DNA of 45,110 bases from Leucoraja erinacea (taxonomy: Eukaryota), in the NCBI RefSeq assembly GCF_028641065.1, contig NW_026576170.1, positions 1 to 45,110 on the forward strand. Direction: 5' to 3'. Positions 25,984 to 37,517 of this stretch are shown here, piece by piece; the stretch's first letter is position 1; each line of letters starts with the position of its first letter. The position numbers and the translations under genes were made by a program. Under the pieces are notes generated by a model. The model was given only the letters and a program-made list of their open reading frames with translations. It had not been told where the DNA came from and ran no database searches.

Positions 25984-27428
25984 AGGTTACACAGAAAAGC
26001 TGGAGAAACTCAGCGGGTGCAGCAGCATCGATGGAGCGAAGGAAATAGGCAACGTTTCGGGCCGAAACCCTTCTTCAGACTGATCGGGGGTGGGGGTAGG
26101 TGGGGACAAGAAAGGGAAAAGGAGGAGTAGCCAGAAGGCTGGAGGGTGGGAGGAGACAGCAGGGGAGCTGAGGAAGGGGAGGAGACAGCAAGGACTAACA
26201 AAATTGGGAGAATTCGATGTTCATGCCCCGGGGGTGCAGACTCCCCAAACGGAATATGAGGTGCTGTTCCTCCAATTTCCGGTGCTGCTCGCTGTGGCCA
26301 TGGAGGAGACCCAGGACAGAGAGATCGGAGACGGAGTGGGAGGGGGAGTTGAAGTGCTGAGCCACCGGGAGGTCAGCTTGGTTATTGCGGACCGAGCGGA
26401 GGTGTTCGGCGAAACGATCGCCCAACCTCCGCTTGGTCTCACCGATATAGATCTGCTGACATATAGAGCAGCGGACGCAATAGATGAGGTTGGAAGAGAT
26501 GCAGGTAAACCTCTGTCGCACCTGGAACGATTGCTTGGGTCATTGAACGGAGTCGAGGGGGGAGGTAAAGGGACAAGTGTTGCATCGCTTGCGGTTGCAA
26601 GGGAAAGTGCCCGGGGAGGGGGTGGTATGAGAGGGAAGCGAAGAATTGACAAGGGAGTTATGGAGGGAGCGGTCTTTGCGGAAGGCAGATATGGGGGAGA
26701 TGGGAAGATGTGGCGAGTGGTGAGGTCACGTTGGAGGTGGCGAAACTGACGGAGGATTATTTTTTTGTATGTGACGGCTGGTGGGGTGAAAGGTGAGGAC
26801 TAGGGGGACTGGGCCCTTGTTGCGAGTGCGGGGATGGGGAGAGAGAGCAGTGTTGCGGGGTATGGAAGAGACCCTGGTGCGAGCCTCATTTATGGTGGAG
26901 GAGGGGAAACCCCGTTCCCTGAATAGTGAGGACATTTCAGATGTCCTGGTGTGAGAAACGCCTCATCCGTGGAGCAGATGCGGCGTAGACGGAGGAATTA
27001 GGAGTAGGGGATGGAGTCCTTACAGGAAGCAGGGTGGGAAGAAGTGTAGTCCAGATAGCCATGGGAGTCAGTGGGTTTATAGTGTATGTCGGTTAGCAGT
27101 CTATCACCTGCGATGGAGATAGTGAGGTCGAGGAATGGTAGGGAAGTGTCGGAAATGGTCCAGGTGTAATTTGAGTGCCGGATGGGCATTAGTGGTGAAG
27201 TGGATGAAGTCAGTTAGTTGTGTGCGGGTGCAGGAGGTGGCACCAGAGCAGTCGTGGGTTTAGCGGGAGGTAGAGGTCGGGGATGGGGCCCTGGTATGTA
27301 TTGAACAAGGATTGCTCGACGTAACCTACAAATAGGCAGGCATAGCTGGGGCCCATGCGTGTGCCCATAGCTACGCCTTGTATTTGGAGGAAGTGGGAGG
27401 AGTCGAACGTGAAGTTATTGAGGGATTG
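25984..27428 (-). mobile_element. 5'-truncated Penelope-like retroelement (RT C-terminal half + GIY-YIG endonuclease), frameshifted
   Basis: GVAMGTRMGPSYACLFVGYVE, LPFLDLTI..TDIHYKPTDSHGYL and NLIYCVRC..YIGETKRRLGDRFAEH motifs. A 15-bp TSD ATATAAAATAATCTA lies at 25969-25983 and 27429-27443. Confidence 0.92.
26051..26078 (-). ncRNA. Minimal hammerhead ribozyme core in the Penelope terminal region
   Basis: CUGAAGA-A-GGGU(UUCG)GCCC-GAAAC-GUU with a palindromic helix III; helix I is weak. Confidence 0.6.
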
Positions 27429-28255
27429 ATATAAAATAATCTATCTTGGATGACCTGAAATTAAAACATATAATTAGTTAGTTACCCAAGTGTAGCTAAT
27501 TTCAAACTTCAATTACTAATCTAAACATCTATCCATTTCTTAATAAATGATTAACATTTTTAAATAGCCAAAGTGTCCAAATAATATTCATAAATAATTC
27601 ACAATAAAACATGATTTTGAAATCTCATCTACATTAATTTATAGGCCAAATGGAATGAATTTAGTGTTCAATTGCTGTAAATTAAAGTCCATTAGATCTG
27701 TGATTAGTCGGAGTATTTGGGAAAGAAGCTTGCAGTGTAGTTACCCGATTGACCAACTAACCGGGATACACGCCTGTGTACACTTCGATGACCATCCATT
27801 CCCTCTATAACAATTAAATACAAGGTTATTCTGCGGATCACTTATCTTTTCGCAGCTGAGTCCAAGCAGATCAATAACATTTGAACATTTTAAGACACGA
27901 CAACATTATCCAGAAAGATATCCACTTTAAAGAAACAATTGTATGTAGCAATGTGACTTTATTTGAAATATAGATAATTTTCATCGTGCTTTTTTCGCTT
28001 CCTGATGCAGTAATTAGGTTCGTGCTAAGCGTTTATTCTGTATATCTGACCCATTCTACCAGAACAGCCTTCCAGTCCATTCTTGAAAACAAGTCACGTA
28101 TGACTAGAGATGCTGGAATGTGCAGCAAATCTAAAATTATGTGTTGGAGGATCTCAGCGGCGTCTGCCAGACAACGTACAAGATATGGAATGCAAAGCAT
28201 AGTTCATCACTATATCTCTGACCATTATAAATCTAAACCCAATCCATGTGTTTTC

Positions 28256-28829
28256 CAGTATGAACTCGGGCCTTGAGTCCTGATGATGCCGGTACCTAAA
28301 TAAGACGTCGTACGTTGCTGCGGTATCATAAGTGCAGCTGAAAGTCATCGACTCTCCTTCCACCTTCTGTGCTGACGGCAGCGATTGTGTGACGGTATCT
28401 CAATGATTGGGTTCTGAAAAAATATATGAATTAGGTCTAGGTTTGTCATGCGTGCACCGAAATACGCGGAAGACCTTTGTATTACATGTCACCCAAACAG
28501 ATCAACTGATAATATACTTAAATACAATCAAATCAAACGCACGTTCAATAGATAGATAAAGGGAAGATAGAGAGTGCAGAATAAAAGGATTAGGTGACCC
28601 GAAGAAGGGTCTCGACCCGAAACATTACCTATACCAATTCATTTTCTCCATGGCATATGGATGGCGATTAGATAGTACCCGGCTTTCCATTTAAATGTAG
28701 GGAAAGATTAGACCGGTTCGCATTCACAATGATGGTCGACATTCAGTCGGAGCAAGTAGCCGGATTAACTGCTACGACTTTACATATAAGGCAAGCTCCC
28801 CACACAATGCAAATGGCAAATAAGCGCAT
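28256..28829 (-). pseudogene. 3'-truncated family A V pseudogene; leader 28829-28784, half V exon 28413-28256
   Basis: Same deletion junction as the copy at 17039, plus GGA>TGA and conserved W>R changes. Confidence 0.88.
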
Positions 28830-30948
28830 TTTCCCTGTGAAAAACCCTTTGTGAACTTCATTCCTCGATGGTGCGGCGACGGATGTTCTCAACTTGTGGT
28901 GCTGGTGGCGCTGTGGTAACGGTGGGCGGGAAGTGAGTGACTTCCGCCTACCTCAACTTCCTCCAAATTGGGACTCGGTCAGCGTTCTTTCAGTTTAGGC
29001 ATGTAGTGACTGGTTAGGGGAGGAATCGTCTTCAACGCTGTAACAGGGGAAACTTCGGATCTGCTTTTGTGAGGAACTCTAAGGTATCATAATGTAAAGC
29101 AACTATGAGGAGCGGGTCAATGCGGGAATTATCGGTCACGTTGATGGCCTGGCGAAATGTGCTTTCTATTTAAATTCATCGCCCAGTTAGAAATTATCCC
29201 CATTCCCACATCAAACCGCAAGGAACGGATTCGATGCGAGACAGGTGCAAGTTAGGATGCGAGGCCACCTTTAGAGTATTGCGTTCCGTTTTGGGCACTT
29301 ATCATATGAAACTTGTCGTCAGGCAGGAAAGGGTGCAGAGAATACTTGGTATGATGTTGCCAGCACCCAAAGGACTGAGTTTTGTTTAATGTAGTTCAGA
29401 GTGTAGTTCGGCCCACCGAGTCCGCACCTACCATTGATCCCCGTACATCAACAATACCCTACACACACTAGGGACAATTTGACATTAATAACAGGCCAAT
29501 TAACCTACAAACATGGACGCCTTTGGAGTGTGGGCGGAAACACAAGATCTCGGAGAAAACCCACGCTAGGCGCGGGGAGGGCGTACAAACTGTGTACAGA
29601 CAATGGTTCATATTAAAGCCTCACCACACGCACACACACCTTCAACCTGTATCCTCTGGTTCTCTATTCCCCTATACGGGGCAAGTGACTCTGTGCATTT
29701 ACCAGATCTACTGCTCTCACGATTTTGGACACCCTTCACCCCCCTGCGCATCATGGAATAGTCCTAGCCACCTCATCCTCACCATGTAGCACAGTAGCAC
29801 GGCGGCACGGTGACGTAACGGTATAGCTACTTCCTTACTGCGCCAGAGACACGGGTATCCTGACTACGGGTGCTTGTATGTACAGTTTGTACGCTCTCCC
29901 CGTGACTTGCGTGGGTTTTCTCCGAGATCTTGGGTTTTCGCCCACAATCCAAAGACGTACATGTTTGTAGGTTAAGTGGCTTGTTATAAACACCAACACA
30001 ATGGAACAGCATCCGTCTTCCCATCAGAACAGCCCCCTCCATCAACTCTTTTAAGTCTAGACTGAAAACTTATTTCTACTCTCAAGACTTTCTTGAGGTC
30101 CCCTGAGGGAGCGCTGCATGTGTGTACTTCTGTATGTATTGTTGATTTATGTACAACTGTTTGTAGCACGTTTAGTACCTGCACTAATGTAAAGCACTTT
30201 GCACAACGAGAGTTGTTTTTAAATGTGCTATGGAAATAAAATTGACTTGACTTGACTTGATCAATGTAAAATTGTCCGTAGTGTGTGTAGGGTATTGTTG
30301 ATGTGCGGGGATCACTGGTAGGTGCGGACACAGTGGGCCGAAGGGCCAGTTTCCGCGCTGTATCTCTGAACTACACGAATCAAACTCAGTCCCTTGGGTG
30401 CTGGCAACATCATCGCACGTTTTCTCTGCACCCTTCCCTGCTGGACAACATCTTTCATATGACAAGTGCCCAAAACGGAACGCAATACTCTAAAGGTGGC
30501 CTCGCATCCTAACTTGCATCTATCTCGCATCGAATCCGTTCCTTGCGGTTCGATGTGGGAATGGGGGTCATTTCTAACTCGGAATAAAATTTAAACAGAA
30601 AGTACATTTCGCCAGGCAATCAACGTAACCTATAAATCCCGCATTGACCCGCTCCTCATAGTTCCTTTACATTATGATACCTTAGAGTTCCTCACAAAAG
30701 CCGAGCCGAGTTTCCCCTGTTACAGCGATGAAGACGTTTCCTTCCCCCACCCAGTCACTACATGCCTAACCTGAAAGAACGCTGACCGAGTCCCAACTGG
30801 GGAGGAAGTTGAGGTAGGCGGAAGTCTGCCGCTTCCCGCCCACCGTTACCACAGCGCCACCAGCACCAGCAGGAGAGGCGAGAACATCCGAAAGCCGCAC
30901 AGCACCAGATCGAGGAGAGAATTTCACAAAGGGTTTTTCACAGGGAAA

Positions 30949-31881
30949 ATGCGCGTATTTGCCATTTGGATTGTGTGGGGAGCATGCCTGATAGGTAAAG
31001 TCGCAACAGTTAATCCGGCTACTTACTCCGACGAAAGGTCGACCATCATTGTGAATGCGAAACCGGTCTAATCTTTCCCTACATGTAAATGGAAAGCCGG
31101 GTACTATCTAATCGCCATCCATATGCCATGGAGAAAATGAATTGGTATAGGTAATGTTTCGGGTCGAGATCCTTCTTTGGGTCACCTATTCCTTTTGCCA
31201 AGGGAGGCTGGCAGACCCGCTGAGTTACTCCAGCTTGTTGTGTCTAACTTCGGTTTAAGTCAGCATCTGCAGTTCCTTCCTACCTCTCAGCCGCGGCCAT
31301 GTTCGATTCACCTCGATATGCAAGGGAACTATGCGATGCATATCCACCCCAGTGTCGACATTGGCCTTTGTCTCTGGAACTGATTCGCTACAATAATAAT
31401 AACTTTATTCTGCACTCTCTGTCTTCCCTTTATCTATCTATTGAACGTGCGTTTGATTTGATTGTATTTAAGTATATTATCAGTTGATGTGTTTGGGTGA
31501 CATGTAATACAAAGGTCTTCCGCGTATTTCGGTGGACGCATGACAAACCTAAACTTTATCCATATATTTTTTCAGATCCCAATCATGGAGATACCGTCAC
31601 ACAATCGCTGCCGTCAGCACAGAAGGTGGAAGGAGAGTCGATGACTTTCAGCTGCACCTATGATACCGCAGCAACGAGCTACACTTATTTTGGTACCGGC
31701 ATCATCAGGACTCAAGGCCCGAGTTCATACTGTATAAACATTCAGGAGGAACCGAGAAGAAAGCCGATTTTGCAGGCGATCGCTTCTCTGCCCAGCTCCA
31801 GACCGATAGAAAATTCGTCAGTTTAACCCTATCGGGGCTGGAGCTGAGCGACTCTGCAGTTTATTACTGCGCCTTTAGCCT
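30949..31881 (+). pseudogene. Family A V (V7) with a 1-nt deletion in CDR1; leader 30949-30994, V exon 31576-31881
   Basis: The exon is 306 nt rather than 307 (AGCTACACTTATTTTGG near 31682) and is otherwise intact. Confidence 0.82.
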
Positions 31882-31920
31882 CACAGTGATGGAAACCAGT
31901 GAAACCTTCATACAAAAACA
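31882..31920 (+). promoter_or_regulatory. 23-RSS of V7
   Basis: CACAGTG + 23 nt + ACAAAAACA. Confidence 0.95.
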
Positions 31921-34436
31921 TCAGCTTCTGCTTTGCCTGCTGCAGTGAGATACGTCTGCACCGCGCTTGCTGGTTGTGGTTTCTCGCCGTCTGAGAATTC
32001 TTCCCAACTCACTCAGTTTCTCTCGAGGGCGGCTTGCGGTGTCATCGGCGCAGCTGAAACCCACCGACTCCCTTTCTGTGCTCCGTGCTGAGGGCGGCAT
32101 CTGTGTGAACAGAATCGCCATGTCTGGTGTCTGGAAAACACATGGATTGGGTTTAGATTTATAATGGTCAGAGATATAGTGATGAACTATGCTTTGCTTA
32201 CTAGCTGGCAGACCAGATAACGATCCATAAATACAACCCATTCAAACCGAAGTGCAATAGATAGAGCAAAGGGAAAGATACAGAGTGCAGAATAAAGTTC
32301 TCCACATTGTAGCGCATCAATTCCAGAATCAAATCCCAATGTCCACAATGGTGTCGATGTGCACCGGCCTGTACTCTACTTTATGGAGTTAAGTCCTGTA
32401 GTATCCTGCCGAAGATAGGCACAAAATGCAGGTGGGACAGGAGGCATATCCGGAGAGAAGATGGGTGACGTTTCGTGTCAAGACCGAGATTCAGGAGAGA
32501 AGGAGACTAGAGATATGGAACGGTGAGGTGTGATAACGAGAGATTAAAGCGGACGCTGGTCCAGGAAATGTCTAATATCATTGTTAGCTGGGGTGGAAGG
32601 CAACAACTTGGCTTTCAAACAGAAACATTAGTGCGATTGTGAATGATAACGAAATTGAAAATGTATCGCTTACTGGCGACGCCGATCAACATCATCTTCT
32701 TCATCTATGTTTTACCTACATTGGCGATTTTTGGCCCGATTAGGCAGCTCATTGCAGCTGAGAGCAGTACATCGAGTCAGCAGGATCTCGGAGAAAGACC
32801 CACGAGGTGACGGCGAGAACCTACAAACTCCGTACAGACAGCACCCATAGACGGGATCGATTCCGTGTCTCCGGCGCTGCAAGTGCTGTAAGGCAGCAAC
32901 TCTACTGCTGCGCCACCGTGGCCGCCCGGAATTTAATTTGGTTGGGTTGGAATGGTGGGCAGGGTAAATAATTCACGCGAATGCTTTGCGGTTTGGGAGA
33001 GCACCGTGAATGTTGTTAAATGAACACAACGCATTTTGGCGGAGAATAATAAAGATAGGCACCAAGTCAAAAAAGATCTCCACACGCTAAACAAACCCTT
33101 CAAAACAGCAAAATAGCCTTCTCCTCATTGAATAAACTGTGATCTGGTAAATGTTTGATGAAGCGAGGGGTGGATCTCATCATTGAAACTGGAGATGAAC
33201 GACCACCATAATAATTTGCAGCAGTTTGAAGTGTGACATATGGTTGTTAAAGCAGAGGAGCGTCTTGGCGTTCAAATCTTCATCTCAATCTCGGATTCAA
33301 TGCCTTTCTCTCAATATCTCGTCTGTCCCATTTAACAAAGGCCTTGCCCACATATCGCCCCTACTCGTGCCTTGACCCTTATCCCCTTTCATCCCCTGAA
33401 AAAGCTCGATTGTTTTAATATTATTATCAGTGGCATTAGTTTTATGTATGCTGTAAGATAATTCATTGAATTAATTGAGAAATTCTTGTCACTGTTATTT
33501 TGAAGAGCGAGCGCCGGTGTGGAAATCTTTGGCGACTTGAAACCTATCTTTATCATTCTCTTAGAAAATTCTTGTTACCGATATTCACCCCGACGTGGTT
33601 CACCCAAGCTTTGCCTCATTGATTACTGTATTCAGATAAAATATACCGTAGGTCCAACAATAGCAGTGCCCCCAGGTTCGACTCTGTAGATCTGTGATTA
33701 GTCGGAGTATTTGGGAAAGAAGCTTGCAGTGTAGTTACCCGATTGACCAACTAACCGGGATACACGCCTGTGTACACTGCGATGACGATACATTCCCTCT
33801 ATAACAATTAAATACAAGGTTATTCTGCCGATCACTTATTTTCGCAAGCAGATCAATAACATTCGAACATGTTAAGACACGCCAACATTTTGCAGAATGA
33901 TATCCAATTTGATGAAGAACATTTTATGCAGCAACGTGTTTTTATTTGAAATAAAGATAATTTTCATCGTGCTTGTTTCGCTTCCTATGGTAGGAATTAA
34001 GTTCGTGCTAAGCGTTGATTCCGTATATCTGACCCTTTCTACCAGAACAGCCTTCCAGTCCATTCTTGAAAGCAATCAGAAATTAATCCAATTCCGTGTA
34101 AATCAGGCCAAACCTTATTTATTCCTGGAAGAGAACACGGTTGAGAATTTCGCAATGCGTTGTTCATTTTCTGGTTTGCTTATGATGCAGCAGATATTAC
34201 AATTACCTTGTGCTGTGGAGCTTCAAGCAACTTAGTAATTTAATCAGACAGCACGAAAGTGGTCCGTCTATCCCGCCCAGCCTCTTTTGATCATCAACCT
34301 CTCATGCACACCGTTCTATTTCCGCCTCAGTACATTCCCATCCTCTGTAGGCCTTTGCGTATTCCACACACACACACACACCGTTTCTGCCACTCACCCG
34401 CACACGTGGAGCAACTTACATTGGCCAATAGACTAA

Positions 34437-34662
34437 TGCCCTTGTCCCACTTAGGAAACCTGAACGGAAACCACTGGAGACCTTGCGCCCCACCCAAGGT
34501 TTCCGTGCGGTTCCCGGAGGTTGCAGGTGGTTGCCGGAGGTTGCAGGTAGTGGACGCAGGTAGGAAGACCGACAAAAACTTCCGGGAACCGCGCGGAAAC
34601 CTTGGCTGGGGCTCAAATTCTCCAGATGTTTCTGTATAGGTTTCCTAAGTGGGACAGGGGCA
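34437..34662. mobile_element. PIF/Harbinger-type MITE
   Basis: About 25-bp TIR (TGCCCTTGTCCCACTTAGGAAACCT / AGGTTTCCTAAGTGGGACAGGGGCA) flanked by TAA on both sides. Confidence 0.8.
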
Positions 34663-35997
34663 TAACTGCCACACGGCTCCTTGACGTGGGTGGACACCGG
34701 AGTCTCCGAATGAAACGCACCCGGTCCCACATGAAGTGCAAGGTCCACCCAGTTGACAATGGAGGCCACGAGTGAATTTAACAACTAAATTTAAAGTAGC
34801 TCTTTCTTCCCAATAACCCGTTCTGGCTTAAGTCCTCCCTCCACCACATCCAGTTTGAAATTATATTTGGAATATGTTGGAGGACCAAAACACCAAGAAC
34901 CAAGTGAACACAGGTTGTTGGCTCTCTTATGAAACTGATCGATTGCTGCGCTGGCCAGTGTCACTGGACAATTATCAGTTACGTTTAATAATCTGATACG
35001 TACAACGAGTTTCTCGCCGCGGGGCTCACTCTGCAACATACAGCAGGACGTAACACGTTTGGTCCTGCATATTGTGTTAAACAAATACCGTGCATATCGT
35101 GTTAAACATACACCTACACCATATCCCAAAATATCATGTCAGCTCGATCCCTCAATAAACGATGCATCCAAGTTCATAAGTTACAAGAGCAGAGGTAGAC
35201 TGATCGGCCGATTCAATCATGTTTGATCTACCTGCCTCTCTTAACCACATTCCCTTGCTTTCTCCCCATAACCCCTGACACACGTACTATTCAATAATCT
35301 GTCTATCTCCACATTAGAAAAAAGCCATTGACCGCCTCCACAGACATTTGTGACAATGCATTCCATAGATTCATCACCCTCCGACGAAAGAAATCCCCCC
35401 TCATCTCATTTCTAAAGGGAAGTCTCTTTAATGTGAGGCTATGGCTATGGGTATAAATTTTACAAGCGACATAATGATAATGTTTTCAATAATTATGGAT
35501 CACTCTGAGATATATTATGACTGGACCAAAGTCCAGATTAGCTCCAAAATCAGTATCAATCGGGATGCAATGATACCACGACAAGATATGTGAGCGGGGT
35601 TTTGACACCGTCGTGCCCATATCTTAAAGAGAGGAGCAGCCATCAGGCTTCAGGAAGTGTCACCCCACCGTGGCAATGCCACAATCGCCACTCACTCCTC
35701 CTGCAGGGAATTGGGAGTGTCAGTGTCCGTGGGCAAGGCCACATCTCGAATGCCCCACGCACCACTGCGCTTGAGAATTACGGAGGCGGGACCCCGACCA
35801 ACCGGCGTACAATGCAGCGGAAACGAAAGAGAATGGCTCCGAATTAGACACACAAGCTTAGCCGCGCAACGCACAGGGACACATCCACAAATTATCAACT
35901 CAACACCAGACCATCTTAATTATCGCCATGTCCTGAGTTGTCTCAGACCAGATTTGAGCGATAATCCCGGTTTTATCTGCAGCAAAAGTTGCCAAAC

Positions 35998-36531
35998 ATG
36001 TTGCCAAATCAACAATCGGTTCCGGGCATCCGAGCGAAGGGTATCCTTTTTGCTTTGTCGCTGTATCTCTCCTTGTCTGGTGAGTTTCAGTTGAAAGACA
36101 CTGGCGCCCTTTACATTTGTTATCATTCCACTCGAATCTCTTCCGGAATAATCAGCGGTTTCAGGGTTTAAGCATCGTTCTGCACCTCCCTCTGACGACG
36201 CAATGAACTATCCCGTCTCTCCGTTTAATTTGCAGGTACGTTCAGTCAGCAAGTTCTACAGAGCCCGCCTGCGGTAAGTCGGATGGAGTGCCAATCTGTT
36301 AGTATCACCTGTCGCTTCACTAATGACGCTGCCGCCGGGTACAAATTGGAACGCTGGCTTGTCTTCAGGAAAGCCGAATCCGACGCAAACCGGGAGTTGG
36401 TGTTACCCGGCGGGCGATTTGTGGCGGCCACAAGTGCGACGGAAAACCCATTTACTCTCAAAATTCTGCTTTTGAGAATTGAAGACAGCGCCAACTATTA
36501 CTGCAAGGCCCAGTACAGGGACTGGAGCACA
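35998..36531 (+). CDS. NARTCR-V: NAR-TCR V gene segment (IgNAR-like V); leader 35998-36079, V exon 36236-36531
   Basis: Leader ...KGILFALSLYLSLS-G|gtgagt (phase 1). The V reads QVLQSPPAVSRMECQSVSITC...FRKAESDANRELVLPGGRFV...LRIEDSANYYCKAQ. It shows the VNAR-type loss of CDR2 and an extra FR1 Cys. Confidence 0.88.
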
Positions 36532-36569
36532 CACTGTGGCGAATCTGCCGCGTTTGTTTCACAAAAACT
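36532..36569 (+). promoter_or_regulatory. RSS of the NAR-TCR V (22-nt spacer, 23-class)
   Basis: CACTGTG + 22 nt + ACAAAAACT. The alternative heptamer CACACTG at 36530 gives a 24-nt spacer. Confidence 0.82.
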
Positions 36570-36889
36570 CCAACTGCTTGAGAGGAAATGAATGGACTTG
36601 ACTTGGAAATTAATTCACCGCAAAAGTCCATGCCTCGCGTTTATCCCTCCAATTGTTTCTTCATATAGCGCTTCCTATAAAGGGCGCTGCAGTTCAAATG
36701 TTGCGTTTGCCAAGGAGGATTGCTTTGCGCGGGATTCGACATCGAAGGGGATTCAACACCGAACAACAGCTGTTGAACAGGAACTAAGCATATAATTTCC
36801 CTACTTCCGACACGAGCAGGACGTTGCTCTTGAGAATGGGACCGGGATCCCTGGTCTACGCCGTTCAACCCATGTCGGCCGAGCTGCAA

Positions 36890-36917
36890 GGATTTTGTGC
36901 TGATTGCAAGCAGTGTG
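36890..36917 (-). promoter_or_regulatory. 12-RSS of the NAR-TCR J
   Basis: On the plus strand GGATTTTGT + 12 nt + CAGTGTG. Confidence 0.88.
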
Positions 36918-36983
36918 TGTCTGCCTGGGGAGAGAAAGCCGAGTATGTGGATGGAACCGGGACGGAGGTGACTGTGACATCTG
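36918..36983 (+). CDS. NARTCR-J: NAR-TCR J segment (66 nt)
   Basis: SAWGEKAEYVDGTGTEVTVTS-G|gtaagt. It has the GxGT-V-V motif with D in place of F/W, as in IgNAR-type J, and a consensus phase-1 donor. Confidence 0.88.
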
Positions 36984-37517
36984 GTAAGTCCGGCCGAAAA
37001 TCGCCCATTCGCAGTTAATCACACGTTCACAGAAACCATTGCATTTGGTAAGTTTGACAAAGAGTCTGCAATGGAAACCGCTGACAGGAGGTTCGCCTTG
37101 TTTCACTGTTCGAAAATCAACGCATTCAGGATACTGTAAAATACGCAAATATGGCTGAATGAAGAGGCATTCTAGAGGTTGGCATTTTGCAAGAATTGCA
37201 TGCTTACTTGTTTAAATTGGACCACAAATTGCTCAAATATCTATGAATGCCTACGATGAAAAGTTGTGATTATGCACTCGACAAATCCTTTGGGCAGCTT
37301 ACAACCCAGCGGTATGGACGTTGATTTTATTTTTCTACTTTCAAGTAACTCCTGAATCCCTTCCCCCACCCTCTCATTATCCAACCCCCACCGTAGTCGT
37401 TCTACTAGTTCCATTATTCATATCGTTGTATCCCTGTTGTTAGCACACCCCCAGCCAACAATGGGCCAATATGTATTCTATTCTGTTCAAGAAGGAACTG
37501 CAGATGCTGGAAGATCG

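Larger units (their letters stand above)
25678..27693. mobile_element. AT-rich inserted element of unknown class (about 550 bp net), itself split by a Penelope insertion
   Basis: Absent from paralogous units near 16595 and 33803; begins at a TA dinucleotide. Confidence 0.5.

Noticed and set aside
36720-36785. Possible decayed D segment (GGGGATTCAA-CACCGAA...ACAGGAACT)
   Set aside because: Poor heptamer, 13-nt spacer and no credible 5' RSS.
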